The notes under the pieces are model-generated. The model saw only the letters and a program-made list of their open reading frames with translations. It did no database searches and was not told the origin of the DNA. From NCBI RefSeq assembly GCF_009914755.1, contig NC_060926.1: a stretch of 64,000 nucleotides of DNA; one strand, given 5' to 3'. The DNA is from the human T2T-CHM13v2.0 reference genome, Homo sapiens. Below are positions 27,534 to 42,585 of the stretch, one piece after another (within the stretch, counting starts at the first letter, position 1; every line of letters begins with the position of its first letter). Both the position numbers and the translations under genes were made by a program.

Positions 27534-27692
27534 TCGAAATTCTACATTCACGCAGGAAGGAACCCGGTTACGACCATCTTCAGTTGGTCATTTGGTAGAC
27601 CATATGGTTCATACTTCCCCAAGCGAAGTGTTTGTAAATCAGAGATCTCCGTCATCAACACAAGCTAATAGCATTGTTCTGGAATCATCACC
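27534..27692 (+). CDS. PTPN4: PTPN4 coding exon (~15), linker: (H)RNSTFTQEGTRLRPSSVGHLVDHMVHTSPSEVFVNQRSPSSTQANSIVLESS(P)
   Basis: ctctttatttAG / GTaaga, 159 nt, phase 2-2, open frame. Confidence 0.95.
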
Positions 27693-28725
27693 GTAAGAGC
27701 TTTTTTATTTTGCTTCCTCTGTATTTTCAAATGCCCCAAATTGCTTTACTTAAAATAATCTGGGAAATTAGGATATTCGATACAAGATTTTAATTATGCA
27801 ACTTTTCAAAATGTGTATGTTTGCAATTATGCTCATTTGTTCCTGAGAGTTCTTGTTGCCTCTCCCTCCCCCACCCAGTCACTATGTTGTTATTTTGTTG
27901 ACTTAGACAGTTCTTCAGTTTTTAGTATATAAACTCAAATATTTCTGCAGATGATGTAGCACTCTGGTCAAGGAGGAGGGTAGTTAAAGCAGAGTTTCCT
28001 TAATATTTTTAAAGGAAAAGAACCATAAGTATGAGTAAAAAGTGTTGAGAAAATTAAAATACTTACAAGATATGTAGATAGGTAAGAAGATTTTTTAATT
28101 TACCTATGTAGATAGGTAAGAAGATTTATTTCTTGAGAAGGAGAAATTGGTGTAAGATATAGTGAGTGCGATCAGGGGTAAAGAGTGGGCCCAAGAGTGG
28201 TAGGTGGAAGAGAGTACAGGTGTAGGGTCATGTTTGTCCCTGGGTAGGGTAAACCAAGGAAGACTGGCTGAGCTATCAAAACAAGTAGGAGTTCAGCCTG
28301 CGTGATGTATATCTTGGTAAAACATTTTGATTGTGTGTATATATTATTAAAAATGGAGAAATAGGACAGATACACACTGTACAATGATACCTGTGGGGAA
28401 TTAGTTGGCAAGAAATAGGATTGATGGGAGATTTAATATTTTATTACTTTAGAAGTTATAATTCTAAACTTTCCAGTTGATTTTTAATAATTATATATGT
28501 TCTAATTTGAAAACTTTAAAAAGTATAGTAATTAAGGACATGATTGAAATATTGATTTGATTTTTAAAATTACATACTTCTGTGACATAAAAATGAATCA
28601 TATGCAGGAATCAAAAAGCCTAATTATTACAAACCAAAACCAATATAATTCTTGAGGCCTAACAAAATTATCTTTATCTATTTTTAAAGGGCCTTTTCCA
28701 AAGAAAGACATATAAACGCAATTGA

Positions 28726-29035
<310 letters not shown>

Positions 29036-29079
29036 TCACATGTAAATTTTATAGATTCACAAACCCCCAAATCACTTGC

Positions 29080-29434
29080 TGATATGGTTTGGCTCTGTGT
29101 CCTCACCCAGATCTCACCTTGAATTGTAATCTCCAGGTGTCAAGGGCAGGACCAGGTAAAGGTAGTTGAATCATGGGGGTCATTTCTCCCATGCTGTTCT
29201 TGTGATAATGAATGAGTCTCACAAGATCTGATGGTTTTATAAGTGTCTGGCATTTCCCCTGCATGCACTCATTTTCTCTCCTGCCGCCCTGTGAAGAGGT
29301 GCCTTCCACCATGATTGTAAATTTCCTGAGGCCTCCCCAGCCATGTGTAACTGTGAGTCAATTAAACCTCTTTTGTTTATAAACTACCCAGTCTCAGGTA
29401 TTTCTTCATAGCAGCATGAGAATGGACTAATACA
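29080..29434 (+). mobile_element. THE1-type MaLR solo LTR
   Basis: tgatatggtttggctctgtgt ... ggactaataca; 5-bp TSD cttgc/tttgc. Confidence 0.88.
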
Positions 29435-30517
29435 TTTGCCATCTCAAAACACCTTTATTCTACTTTCCTGACTTGAGTGGAGAAGCGAGTTCAGGGTAGC
29501 TTGGAACTGTGAAGAGTTTTTGCTTCTTCTCTCTTGTGCACAAGAATATAAAATGCTTGGAGCCTTCTCCTTGGACATATATTTTATAAGGTTTATGTGT
29601 TTGTATTCCATTTTGAATCTATATTACTGCATTTGACATTCAACCAGTTTTTAACCTTAAGAATAATGAGAGAGTTCTGAAAAGATAAGCTTAATAATAA
29701 TAACTTACTTAGTTGCTTACAGTCACTTTTACATAAATTATCTCACTGTTCTATTCAGGAGAATTCAGTGAAATAGGAAAGATATGTAATATCCATTTTA
29801 TAGATAAGAAAGCCACACTTAGAACACTTGTCCCAATTTACAGAACAGAAACTCGGGCTTTCTGTAGCATGAGAATCAGCCAGGAGAACTTTGTATCCCC
29901 AACAAGATGTTATAGATGTTTTTTGATTTGCAATTTAGATAAAATACTTTGCAGCTTGGAATCCATAGATTTCAGTTTTTCTGTTGTCCAAATGTGAAAA
30001 GAATTTAAATGATGTATTGGATTAAGCACAGAACATTTCAACATGTAATGAAATAGATTTTTTTTAAGGTTTTTCACATATACCTTTTTTTAATTGTCAG
30101 ATAAAATCATCTTACCAATTATTTATTTAAGTGAGTACAGGAGGTTGCTTATACTGTTTAGAATAAAGTTACCATTTATAGGCTAAGGATAAAGTAAAGG
30201 AGACCACAGTCTACAACACAGCATGTGAATTGGATGGTTAAATTTATTAGCATACAAATTTCTAAAGGCGGCAACAGAGAGCTGCATTAACTGCAAAATA
30301 AGCTTTTTTTCACTGCTGTTGTTGAAGCATTTATAAGAAAATTTAAAGCTCAGTGGACTGAAATAAATTGTGCACATTTTTTCACACATCTTGATTGACA
30401 TTTCTAACAAACTTTTGCTACTATGTGACAATATATTGCTCTGCTACCAGCATAGTACACTCGAATATAACATTTTCATTATTTACCCTCCACTTAACAT
30501 TTTCCAAAATGTCAGAT

Positions 30518-30703
30518 TGCCAAGTGTGGTGGTGTGCACCTGTTGTCCCAGCTTACTCAGGAGGCTGAGGCAGAAGGATCACTAGAGCCCAGGAGTTCGA
30601 GGATGTATTGCTCCATGATGGCGCCTGTGGATAGTCACTGCACCTCAGCCTGGACAATACAGCAAGACACCATCTTTTAAAAACCAAAACCAAAAAAAAA
30701 AAA
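30518..30703 (+). mobile_element. Alu monomer (FAM/FRAM-like)
   Basis: Single arm and A-tail. Confidence 0.8.
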
Positions 30704-30755
30704 AGGTCAGAGTTTAAGATAAGCAAGTTATTTTTGGTAAAAAGCCCCAATATGA

Positions 30756-31160
<405 letters not shown>

Positions 31161-31659
31161 TAATGTGGGTAAATTTTTTATGTGGGTAAACTGTGTACAG
31201 TATGTGTTTTGAGCCCTGGTGCCCCCTCCTTTAGTACATTTTAGGCAAATTATTGGTTTTAAATATGTTAAAACAATTGAGTTAGAAATGTTATCAATTA
31301 AAGTTAAATATGGATGTATATAAGCCCTGATATTTACTAATCTTGCTTTCTGTTCATTAAAATATAAGTGATTTGTGTTAGAATTTAAAATATAGCAGTA
31401 TTACCATTTATAACCAAAAAAAGGGATTTAAAATAGTCATATTCTGGATATATTCTGATAAGTTCTGGGAGTTCTGTTGAGGCCTCAGATACTGACAGGG
31501 GTGGGGGATGCTTATTAGCATTTATCTGTTTTATAAATTGGCTTCTGAGAAACTTTTTTTTTTTTAGAAAAAGATTCCACTGCCACAAAAAGTTTGGAAA
31601 CCTCTGATTTAAAACAACTTTCCTCCTTTTTGCAGTTACTTTGTTTTAGATGCAACTAT

Positions 31660-31830
31660 ATATCATAGTGTTTACGAGCACAAGCTCTGGATTCAGACTA
31701 GGTTTAAAACGTGGTTCCACTACTTCTAATTAGGTGACCTTTGGTGAGTTATTTTATCTCCGTAAGCCTGTTTCCTCACTGTTAAAAAACAGGGTGATAA
31801 TAATATCTACCTCAAAGAGTTGCTATAAGC
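31660..31830 (+). mobile_element. MIR
   Basis: ggtgacctttggtgagttattt ... gcctgtttcctca. Confidence 0.7.
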
Positions 31831-32031
31831 ATATAATAATTATATAGCTTTTTTCAGTTAAGCTCTTGGGATATATTCCAACAACTTTTAATATATTATC
31901 AACAGTTTGTCTGGATATTTGAAGTGTGAGCATCTGGTTGAAGACAGTGAAGAATTCTCCAGATTCTCAACTTTATTCTTACATTCCTAATCACAAGATA
32001 TTCTAGACAGACTTCATAATCCAGAAGTGGC

Positions 32032-32339
<308 letters not shown>

Positions 32340-33204
32340 ATCCTCAAGTGTTAAATCCAGTTCCCCGAGCCATTCTTTCCTGGACTATTCCATTCTAGTC
32401 TTATCTAATGAATCTCCGCAGCTTTGTCTATACCTCTTCAGTTCCTTTTGCTTGGTCTTCAAAGCTTTGCCTTTCCTCCACCCCTCTCAGCTACTGGCAC
32501 TGATGATTTCCATCTACAACTCAGTTGTCCCCAATTCCTATTCCAGTCTTGATCAAGTCTAGCAATATATTGTGAACTCTTCAAATACTAGGCTATTCTA
32601 GGACAAGGAAGTAAAAAAATCGAAGGTTTGAATAGAAGGAGATATCAAGCCATGGGGACTTAGAGAATGTAACATATTAGATGCTGTTGTATTCATGGCT
32701 TCAAGACTAATTACAGGTCCCCGGACACTGTAGCTGCAGTATGCTTACCTACCATTCATCTCTGGCTAAAGGCTCTGTCACTTGCACTTGGGAGCTAAGG
32801 GCAGACACCTTGAGTTTGGTTGAAACCAAGAATCTCAGGTTGCTGGGAGGCTTATTCTGGAATAGATTCCTACTGTTAAAATCACATGACATTGTCAGTT
32901 CTATTCTTAGATATTACTCATATCCCTGATAGTTTACACGAGCTTTTTAAAGTGCCTTGTGCGTTAATTGGTAATCAACCTGAAGTGACATTTACTTTGA
33001 AACACTGTCATTATCAGAATAAAGTAGCCAAAGTGTTAAGAAGCCTGAATTTTGAATCAGAATTTTATCTGTATCTAATGTAATATAAGTAGAGTATAAG
33101 TTGGGTTAAATGCGTAATTGAAGACTAGAATAACAGTAGTGGTTATAGTTAAATAAGACATGTTCTCTTGATCTACATCTTAGAAAATAAGGGTTTGTTT
33201 TTTT

Positions 33205-33412
33205 CTTTAAGAGACAGGGTCTCTTTGTCTCCCAGGCTGGGGCATAGTGGCGCAATTATAGCTCACCACAGCCTCAAACTACTGTTCTTGAATGATCTTC
33301 CCATTTCAGCATCCTGAGTAGCTGGGACTACAGGTATACACCACCATCCCCAGTTTATTTTTTTAAAAAAATTTTTTGTAGAGATGGTGTCTTGCTATGT
33401 TGGCCAGGCTGG
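33205..33412 (-). mobile_element. Partial Alu, antisense
   Basis: Right arm plus part of the left arm. Confidence 0.8.
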
Positions 33413-34143
33413 AAAATAAGAGTTTTTTAAAGAGCCATCAATTTCTGGCACATTTGTATTAGTGTCTAACAAGAATATAGTTTTTGTTTTCTAGTCTATT
33501 GGAATAAATTTTATGCTTCTGTGACAGATTTCTATGTACAATTGTGCCTTTACCGTTTTTTAAAAAAAATTCATGATTTTCAAGGGTTGTTCATTTTTCT
33601 TTTTTAAAAGTAATAAAATAATCCCTTCAGGATTGCATTTTTTTCTCACTTTCCCTAACTCAGATCTTTTCCAGCTCCCTTCCTTAAAGCCAGTAAATGC
33701 TGGCCTTCTTTGAAAATTAAAGGTCTCTTTCTTGAGGGTACCAGCTGTAATTTCTGACAGGGCTGTGTTTCACTATGCTGCCTGGTTATTCTCCAAATTG
33801 CATCATGTCTCTTCATTCTCTTATACTTGGCAGATTTTTGTGTGTGTGCACTTAGAAATAGTATTGTTTTTAAGAATTGGACTGTTTCATGACATTATTT
33901 TTAATGTATCATTTCTAATTATAATGCAAGGTTTACCTATGAAAATCATCTTCCTAGATAACTGTTTAAGTAATAAATATATATGATAGCTGTACAATAG
34001 AAATGAAGAAGAAAGTTATTCATTAAAGTAAATTGAATTAATATTCTTGGAGTATGTCTTTTAAAAAATGTAATTGATAACCTTTGCCCAATATTTGAAT
34101 TTCAGGAGTCTGTGTTGACATCCTTGATTACTTTTATAGACTT

Positions 34144-34147
<4 letters not shown>

Positions 34148-34177
<30 letters not shown>
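34148..34177. repeat. (GT)n microsatellite
   Basis: About 15 GT units. Confidence 0.95.
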
Positions 34178-34180
<3 letters not shown>

Positions 34181-35006
34181 GAGTTTGGTTGTGTATGTAT
34201 ACAGTTTGGTTATTGAAATTAGAAGTATAGAAAAGGGAAACAGTTACAGGGATTACTGTGAGAGTACATAATTAAATTATAAGAGCTCCCTAGACTAACC
34301 TAACCCTCTGCAGCAGTCAGGCATATGGAGAGCCTGTCTGCCACTCTCTGAAAAGTTACTTTAATAAGAAAGTTACATAAGACAGTGAGAAGGCAGGTAG
34401 CTCTGTCCTGAAATCCAAAGTTTTACTGTCCTTTCGTCTTCATCTTAATCTATACTTCATTCTCCTCACCTTTTCCTTATAATTTGGCTTAAATCCCAAC
34501 CTCAGCATTTATACTTGGGCTCTTTTCCTATCTGTATCTTCCTGCTTGATTTGATTGTTTAAAAAGAGGTTAAAAGAGGTTATTCTCAAATACCTGTAGT
34601 CTTGCAAGTAGCACGGGATGGAGATTTGTGTAGATTATAGAGCTCATGCTGCATCTAAAGACAGCAGCTGCCACTTGGCTTTATACAGTGTTTGACAACT
34701 GGTACTGCAGGCCCATTCTTTCCGGAGCTTCCAGATTTTTCATCTTGAAAATCTAGATTTGTATGCAATTTTAAAAATGTAATTGTTTAACTCAATTATT
34801 TTTATAAAAACAATGAATGGTCCAAATGTATGTTGGCCAAAATTGGCCCATAATCCATGAATTTATAACTGCTCTTTTAGGACAATAATGTCTAATCATA
34901 ATTGTGCAATAAAAACCACCTCTGGAGGTGTTTCTTGTAACCCCAGAAGTAGAGATTCAACAGTTTTAGCAAAATGTACCATAGAATCAGTGCTGTCCCT
35001 CTCATG

Positions 35007-35088
35007 TAACTGAGTATTGCCACTGTTAGGCCCATACTGAGTATGCCACTGTTAGGCATAACTGAGTATTGCCACCGATAGGCCCATA
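35007..35088. repeat. Three-copy ~26-28-bp minisatellite (actgagtattgccactgttaggc...)
   Basis: Visible tandem units. Confidence 0.85.
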
Positions 35089-36087
35089 CAGGTTTGGCTC
35101 ACTTAGATATACCACTGCTGATCAGGCTTGAGTTTCTCCTGTATATTTTGGTGCTGTATTTAAACTGATAGCTGGACCAAGAATAAGGAAGGTTTCCCTG
35201 ACTCCATTTTCATATGTTCTCCACCTTACTCCCTTTCCCACAGGCTTTTAGTTTTAAATTTTTTTTCTCAGCTTTTAAATTTAGCTTTTAAATGTTTCCT
35301 GGTTATGACAACTGTATGCAAAGCAGAAAGAGTTTCTAATTATATTGCCTAAGTGGTTACACTTAGGTCCAAGTAAGGGGTGAGACCTGTTATATATGTC
35401 GAGTCCAATTACTTCTGGTATTTGTAAAGTTTTAGAGATTCTTATCAACTGCCTTTTAAAAATGTTGCATCTCTTAAGTTCTGCTAAGGGATGTCCATCT
35501 CTGTGTGCTCTAATCCTATGTAGTAGGCCGTGGTTGAGTTACATATCTCTATTCTAATCCATGGAAACATTTCCCTAGACAAGCAATACTTGAATCTATG
35601 GGCCCTTAGAAGCTTGTATTCTTGGCAGTTGAAAGTAACATAAGAACTACCACATTTGGGAGCTGGAAGCCCTGGCCATTAAGGCAGACCTCAATGAAGC
35701 TTTGGCTGAAAAAGAGGGATGTATGCTCTGATGCAGTCTTTGTAGACTTGGCAGAATTTAGAGCATTTGTGCCCTGAAGTATTTCTATGCAGACATCTAG
35801 GCTAAGTGGGCATTGCTGTTCACTTGCTTCTTTTGCAGTTATATTTTATACCATGTTATAAAATTTCAGAAAGACTCTAATCTCTCCTAGGAGAAACTTC
35901 TCTTTAAGACCATACAATCACATCATTCATTATTAATCCCAGCTGACTTCCTTGGCACTGATCATACTTTCTTTCAGTTTCACAACACTTATTTACTAGG
36001 TGTCTAGCAGCCAACCTCTCAATAAGCTTACACCTCCTCTACAAGGGAGAACAGATGTATCCAAGGGTCACTCTGGCAGTAAATCTC

Positions 36088-36778
<691 letters not shown>

Positions 36779-37820
36779 TTTTCCTTATCTCCAGACCTTA
36801 TAGCTTGGATGTTAGGTGTCCCGTTAGTCAACAGAAGAGCAGATACTAGGTATAAAATGTGTGCTTCAGTGCCACATCAGCAGCCATGTGGCTTGACACA
36901 GTAGCTGTCATCTCTCTTATACCTGTCCTTAGGCAATAAGACAGTAATTCTTTTATCAGATAATAACGCCAATAGTGGTCAGTGTTCTTATCAAGAACAA
37001 TTTTCCGCTTACCTATTTAATCTTTTACTTCTCCCAAATCCACGACTTCTGTGGATGCATACTTCTTAAGACACAAGTTGAACCACAAGTTTCTACTTTT
37101 GGCCTTTGTGGAATGCTCACAAGTAATGTTTTTATACATTTTATGCTTGTTAAAAGCTAGAGTTTCTGACCTGAAGTTACCTTTATCATATCTAGCTCTT
37201 TTTATCAATTCCTGTTGCCACAAATTGAGGCTTATGCTCTCTAATGTTAATTGGATTTTGTTTTCTCACCTTAAATCATATGTTCTGACAATATCTCAAC
37301 CAGTTTTGGCTCTGGTGATGATCTCAGCACTCTTACTCAGATTTCCAATCCTCACTGCATCATTGAATTCATTACTTCCATGAATCGTATTTTATTTCTA
37401 AATAGATTAGGCCAATCTCTTAAGCTATTTAGGCTGGAATAGTTACTTTATCTGTGGAACTACCCAATTATCAGTTCTGGATTTTCTTGCCTACCTTATT
37501 CCTGGCTACCCGTGACTCCTCTGACAACCTTAAAAAAATTTTTTTGGAAAGATGTTTACTTTGTTATAATAGATTAATAGGTATCTTCACAGGAATACCT
37601 TGATAATATATTTTATTATATAATTGTTTATAAATTTGATAAAGTAGGAAATTAGATTTATTACTTCAAAGTTAGGAAAATTTTCATTAAAAAGTGGCAC
37701 TTCCAAATAAATATGGTATTTAGAGCCTGTCTCCTACCAGACATTGTAAATATGTGGGTTGCTTGACCCTAACTTTTAAAAAAGTTATGAAACAACTTCC
37801 AAATTTGTTTTCTTGTCTAG

Positions 37821-37980
37821 ATCACAAGAGACCCCTGGAGATGGGAAGCCTCCAGCTTTACCACCCAAACAGTCAAAGAAAAACAGTTGGAACCAAATTC
37901 ATTATTCACATTCGCAACAAGATCTAGAAAGTCATATTAATGAAACATTTGATATTCCATCTTCTCCTGAAAAACCCACT
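37821..37980 (+). CDS. PTPN4: PTPN4 coding exon (~16), Pro-rich linker: (P)SQETPGDGKPPALPPKQSKKNSWNQIHYSHSQQDLESHINETFDIPSSPEKPT
   Basis: ttcttgtctAG / GTaagt, 160 nt; contains the PPALPPK SH3-ligand-type motif. Confidence 0.96.
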
Positions 37981-38290
37981 GTAAGTAGCTTCTTCAGATA
38001 TTCTCATTTTTATTTGAATTTTTAAAATCCTAAATGAAATTTCTTTTGTACTTTGGCAGTTTTTAGTTGTAAGTTGTATTACAGTACCTTCTCTTTTTCA
38101 TCATATTCTTTGGTCCTGAATTGTGCCATGATGTAACTCAATATAAGTTCTATAATTAGAAGTGATCATGGAGTACATAGAGTATATAATTAAATAAGCT
38201 GTGGGGTTAAGGGAAGATTCCTATAAGAGATCATCTCTGATAAGAACTAGTCAGATTTTTTCCTTCAAAGAGCAGGCATAGAACATACTG

Positions 38291-38366
38291 AACAAACCTG
38301 CATGTTGTGCACATGTACCCTAAAACTTAAAGTATAATAATAATAAAAAATAAAAATAACAATAAA
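38291..38366 (+). mobile_element. Extremely 5'-truncated primate L1PA 3' end with TSD, nested in an older L1M 3' end (~38270-38690)
   Basis: acaaacctgcatgttgtgcacatgtaccctaaaacttaaagtataataataataaaaaa; TSD agaacatactgaa. Confidence 0.88.
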
Positions 38367-39074
38367 GAACATACTGAATGAAAGAAGCCCAGGACAAATA
38401 GCCATGTGTTGTAGGATTTCATATATGTGAAATATCCAAAACAGTCAGATCTGTCAAGAGACAGTAAGTAGATTTGTGGTTGACTAGGCTTTGGAGGATG
38501 GCAGGTGGGAAAATGGGGAACGACTGCTAATGGATACAAGATTTCTTTTGGAATTGATGAAAATATTCTAAAATTAGATAATAGTGATGTTTGTACACCT
38601 CTGTGACAAGAGTAAAAATTATGGAAATATACACTTTAAATAGGTGAATGATATGTGAATTATATCTCAATAAAGCTGTTTTTTAAAATCACATATATCA
38701 AGCAGTGGAAGTATCATTTGAATTCATGTAACACTTATGAGCACCCTCTGTATACTCATACATATGAACCTGGCTTGCTATGAGCCAGATTCTACGGATA
38801 TAGCAATTAATAAAGACAGACATGGCCCCTGTTCCTCCTGTCACTTAATAGTCTAGCATATGCTCGTAAGAATGCATGAGAGGATATATCTGGTTGGGCT
38901 AACTGCAAGTTATTAGTCAAAGAATTTACTCTTCTGAACTAAAATTTTTATTAGAATTATGATTTTTTACAAACTATGCATAATATAAGCATACAAAAAG
39001 TATGCTTCCTATATATCTGAAGAATAGATTTTAAGTGAAGAAAATTACAAGTTATTTAATTTTGTCTTTTTAAG

Positions 39075-39158
39075 CCTAATGGTGGTATTCCACATGATAA
39101 TCTTGTCCTAATCAGAATGAAACCTGATGAAAATGGGAGGTTTGGATTCAATGTAAAG
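39075..39158 (+). CDS. PTPN4: PTPN4 coding exon (~17), start of PDZ: PNGGIPHDNLVLIRMKPDENGRFGFNVK
   Basis: tctttttaAG / GTaatc, 84 nt; GRFGF carboxylate-binding loop of the PDZ domain. Confidence 0.96.
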
Positions 39159-39251
39159 GTAATCTGGAATTTATTTTATACTCAGTTTTTAAATTAAGAT
39201 GTTCTTATTTTGGTAATATTTGACTAACATTTTACTTATTCTCTTTTTAAG

Positions 39252-39308
39252 GGAGGATATGATCAGAAGATGCCTGTGATTGTGTCTCGAGTAGCACCAG
39301 GAACACCT
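39252..39308 (+). CDS. PTPN4: PTPN4 coding exon (~18), PDZ: GGYDQKMPVIVSRVAPGTP
   Basis: ctctttttaAG / GTgagt, 57 nt, follows a 93-nt intron. Confidence 0.96.
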
Positions 39309-40496
39309 GTGAGTTATCTAAATTTTTTCAAATAAATCCTGTTTTCAAGAATATGTACTTATTTTATAATTCTTACTAGTTTAAATAAAACAAGGAATTT
39401 CATCATTTCTTTTATTTATCAAGTGTCAAATGTTGGCTGAATCTCTTTAAGTTGCTGGGAAGTTAGTTTTGACTTGTTCTCTGTAAGTATTTAAAATCCC
39501 TGTTTTTATAAAGAAGCTATTTATGACTTTCATTGCTTCTAAAGCATTAACAGATTCTATCAAAATAACCCCCTTAAAAAACAAAATATAGACAGAGGTA
39601 TAGTTTCGTGGGGGTTTTTGTTTGCTTGTTTATTTTTTATTAGAGTAATTTAAGTACATTATACTTGCCTATGCACTCCTTTAAAATTTTACTTTAAATG
39701 GAAATGATACTACAAGGATAATTTTTAAAACTTTTTATTATGAACATTCTAAACAAAAGTAGAGAAAACTTATATATCCATTATGATGAATCTCCTATTA
39801 CTCATTGTTCAGCTTCCACAATCATGAACTTTCTGTTCATCATAGGACAATTCTTAACTAATTGTAGGTACATCATCTTTATTACTGTTTTATATAACAA
39901 GTATTGCTTTCAAATTCCTATTTATGTTGTCTACTCTGTTTACTTTCCTTTTTCTTACCTAAATGATCTTCAAGCACCTTTTATCATTTAACTGTCTCTC
40001 TGTTCTAGGAAAGGTATGAACCAGCAGCCTGAGAGAGGGAGGCCAGCTATGCTTTTTTTGGTGCTTTGCAGCAACCTCAAAGTTGGTTTGAAAATCACAA
40101 TTGAGATTGATCAAGGATATCATGTTATGTGGTTTTGGTTCTGGTTTTTAAGGACCTTGTTTTTTGCGAAAATAACAGGGTACTCATGGAATACCCCTGG
40201 CATGAGCATAAACACAGAATAGTTTATTTAAATATAAATACATCAGATAGCTATTGAGGTGTCACACAAAACTAAAGAGCATGAATGCAATCACACCTCT
40301 ACAGGAAACTTTTAAAATCATCGACTTTTCTGCTTTTCATCTGTTTCTTTTTATGTGATTGTTTGATTCCTCTCAGTGTGAATGAATTTGTACATTGAAT
40401 CAGCCTACCTCTCAAGCCACTCCAGATAAACACTCCAGTCTAAGTAAAAACAGTGTACTTAGTAGCAGCTTCAAGCAGAGTTTTGTAACACCACTA

Positions 40497-40533
<37 letters not shown>
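40497..40533. repeat. (CA)n microsatellite
   Basis: About 17 CA units. Confidence 0.95.
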
Positions 40534-40534
<1 letters not shown>

Positions 40535-42300
40535 CAGATTGTGACTCCTAAGTCTCCACTAAATAGAAATTGTGTAACTACCTACTGCTATTGTGATCCT
40601 CAATCCATGTAGTAGGATGTGACTACTAATAACTTCCAGGTTTGTATATTACCAGCTCAGTAGCCCACAGGGACCTCTCAGTCTAAATTATAAACTCCTG
40701 GGATGTAAACCCTTAATAGACCCAGCGTGGATCCTATTTCCTTATTTGAAAAAAGTCCGTTGTGACTGGGGGACAAGACCGGGGATATTATGTATAAAAT
40801 GACTCCTGGGGACATACTATTAATATGTATGTAAAAGATGGGGACAAAGATGGTAGAGATAATCCAAAATTATTTATTTTATATATATTTGATGGGAAAT
40901 ATGAATATGATTGGGACTGCAGATGAAGGGATGAAGGATTGATGAATTATCTATCATGTACAAAGTTAATAGATAATATCTAAAACAGAAAAGAATAACA
41001 ATAGAGAGATGTTAGAGATGCAGAGGTAAATACAGAAAGATATATCTAAAGTGTTGAAAAAAGTTGCCTCTAGAGATGGGGAGGTGGTAGGGAGGAACAC
41101 AAATAGTTTCTTAACAGTCTTATAAACCTAGTCAAATCTTTTAATGGTGTGATTTATAACTTTGCTAAAAACAAAAATTTAAGACTTAAAAAAAAAGCAG
41201 TTGTATATCTTTTGGCCTGACAGTTTCACATTTAGGAATTTCTCCTAATGAAATAGTTTGACTAGGGAACAAAGAGTACTTACACAGGGATATTAATTAT
41301 ATGGTTTATAACAGTTTAAAGTGGAAAAATAATCAAATGTGGACTAGGGAACAAAGAAATACAAGGATATTAATTACAGTATGGTTTCTAACAGTTTAAA
41401 ATGAAAAATAATCAAAATGCTCATCGTTAAAGTTGGGGAAACAAGTTATATGTTGCTTTGTGTCTATTGAGATGGTAATGTAACTATATAAATATGGAAA
41501 TATATCCATACGATGGCATTATGGAAAAATATATAATTTCACATATATGTTTGAACCAGTTTATTAAAATATTAGATACATAGAAAAATTCTGGAAACGT
41601 GCTAAAAAAGTTAACAGTGGGTAATGGAATTACAGGTATTCTGTATTTTTTTAATTGTCTGGATCATGACAATGAGCATATATTGCTCTTATAATTAGAA
41701 AAGATAATACACATTTCTTTATTTACATGACAGTTGTAATAGTCAATGACTCACACGCATAAAAAAAGTGTTCATTTTTCTGAGCAATGAATATGGATAG
41801 TTTTCAATTAAGTCAAGGATTCAGAGAATATTCTATAGATATATTCATTTCCAAACAGAATTCTAAGACTGTTAAGTTCTCTTTTTAATCTGTACATATT
41901 GTTGGTAATTTTTCCCTTCTGCCATGTAGAACTATGTTCCATAAATATTGGCTGGAATTTAGAGCAAATTAAAACATAGTCATTCTATTGGGGGAAAAAA
42001 TTAAAACAATAGGAATTTATTATTTTTGTATTATTTTGTTAATTTAGAGATCACCACAACCTTCTAATTGGAAACCACAGTTTAGGCAATCGGGGGAAAA
42101 GGAAAAGGTTTCTGTTTTTGTATGAATACATAATAGTTGTACATGTTTATGGGATTCAAATATTTTATTGTCATTTTTTATATTGGACATCTTCTGAAAT
42201 GGATAAAACAACTCCCAATTAAAGTTATGATTCTCTTTCTGTTTGATAATCTTAGCCAAAAGCCGTTGCTGCAACAAAACTCATTTTAACGTAGTTTATT

Positions 42301-42585
42301 GGCCGGGTGTGATGCTCATGCCTATAATCTTAGCACTTTGGGAGGCTAAGATGGGAGGATTGTTTGAGCTCAGGAGTTGAAGACTACCCTGGGCAACATA
42401 GTGAAGCTTTGTTTCTACAAAAAAAATTTTTAAATTCACCAGATATGGTGGCACACGCCTGTGATGCCAGCTACTCCAGTGGCTGAAGTGGGAGGATCAC
42501 TTGAGCCCAGGAGATCGAGGCTGTAGTGAGCTATGATCACACCACTACACTCCAGCCTAAGCAACAGAGCAAGACCCTGTCTCAA
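42301..42585 (+). mobile_element. AluJ with a rearranged tail
   Basis: Diverged dimer; tail replaced by repeated and inverted 3' ends. Confidence 0.88.

Noticed and set aside
35007-35088. Regularly spaced short repeats resembling a CRISPR array
   Set aside because: Units are directly tandem with no unique spacers, the context is a mammalian intron, and there are no cas genes.
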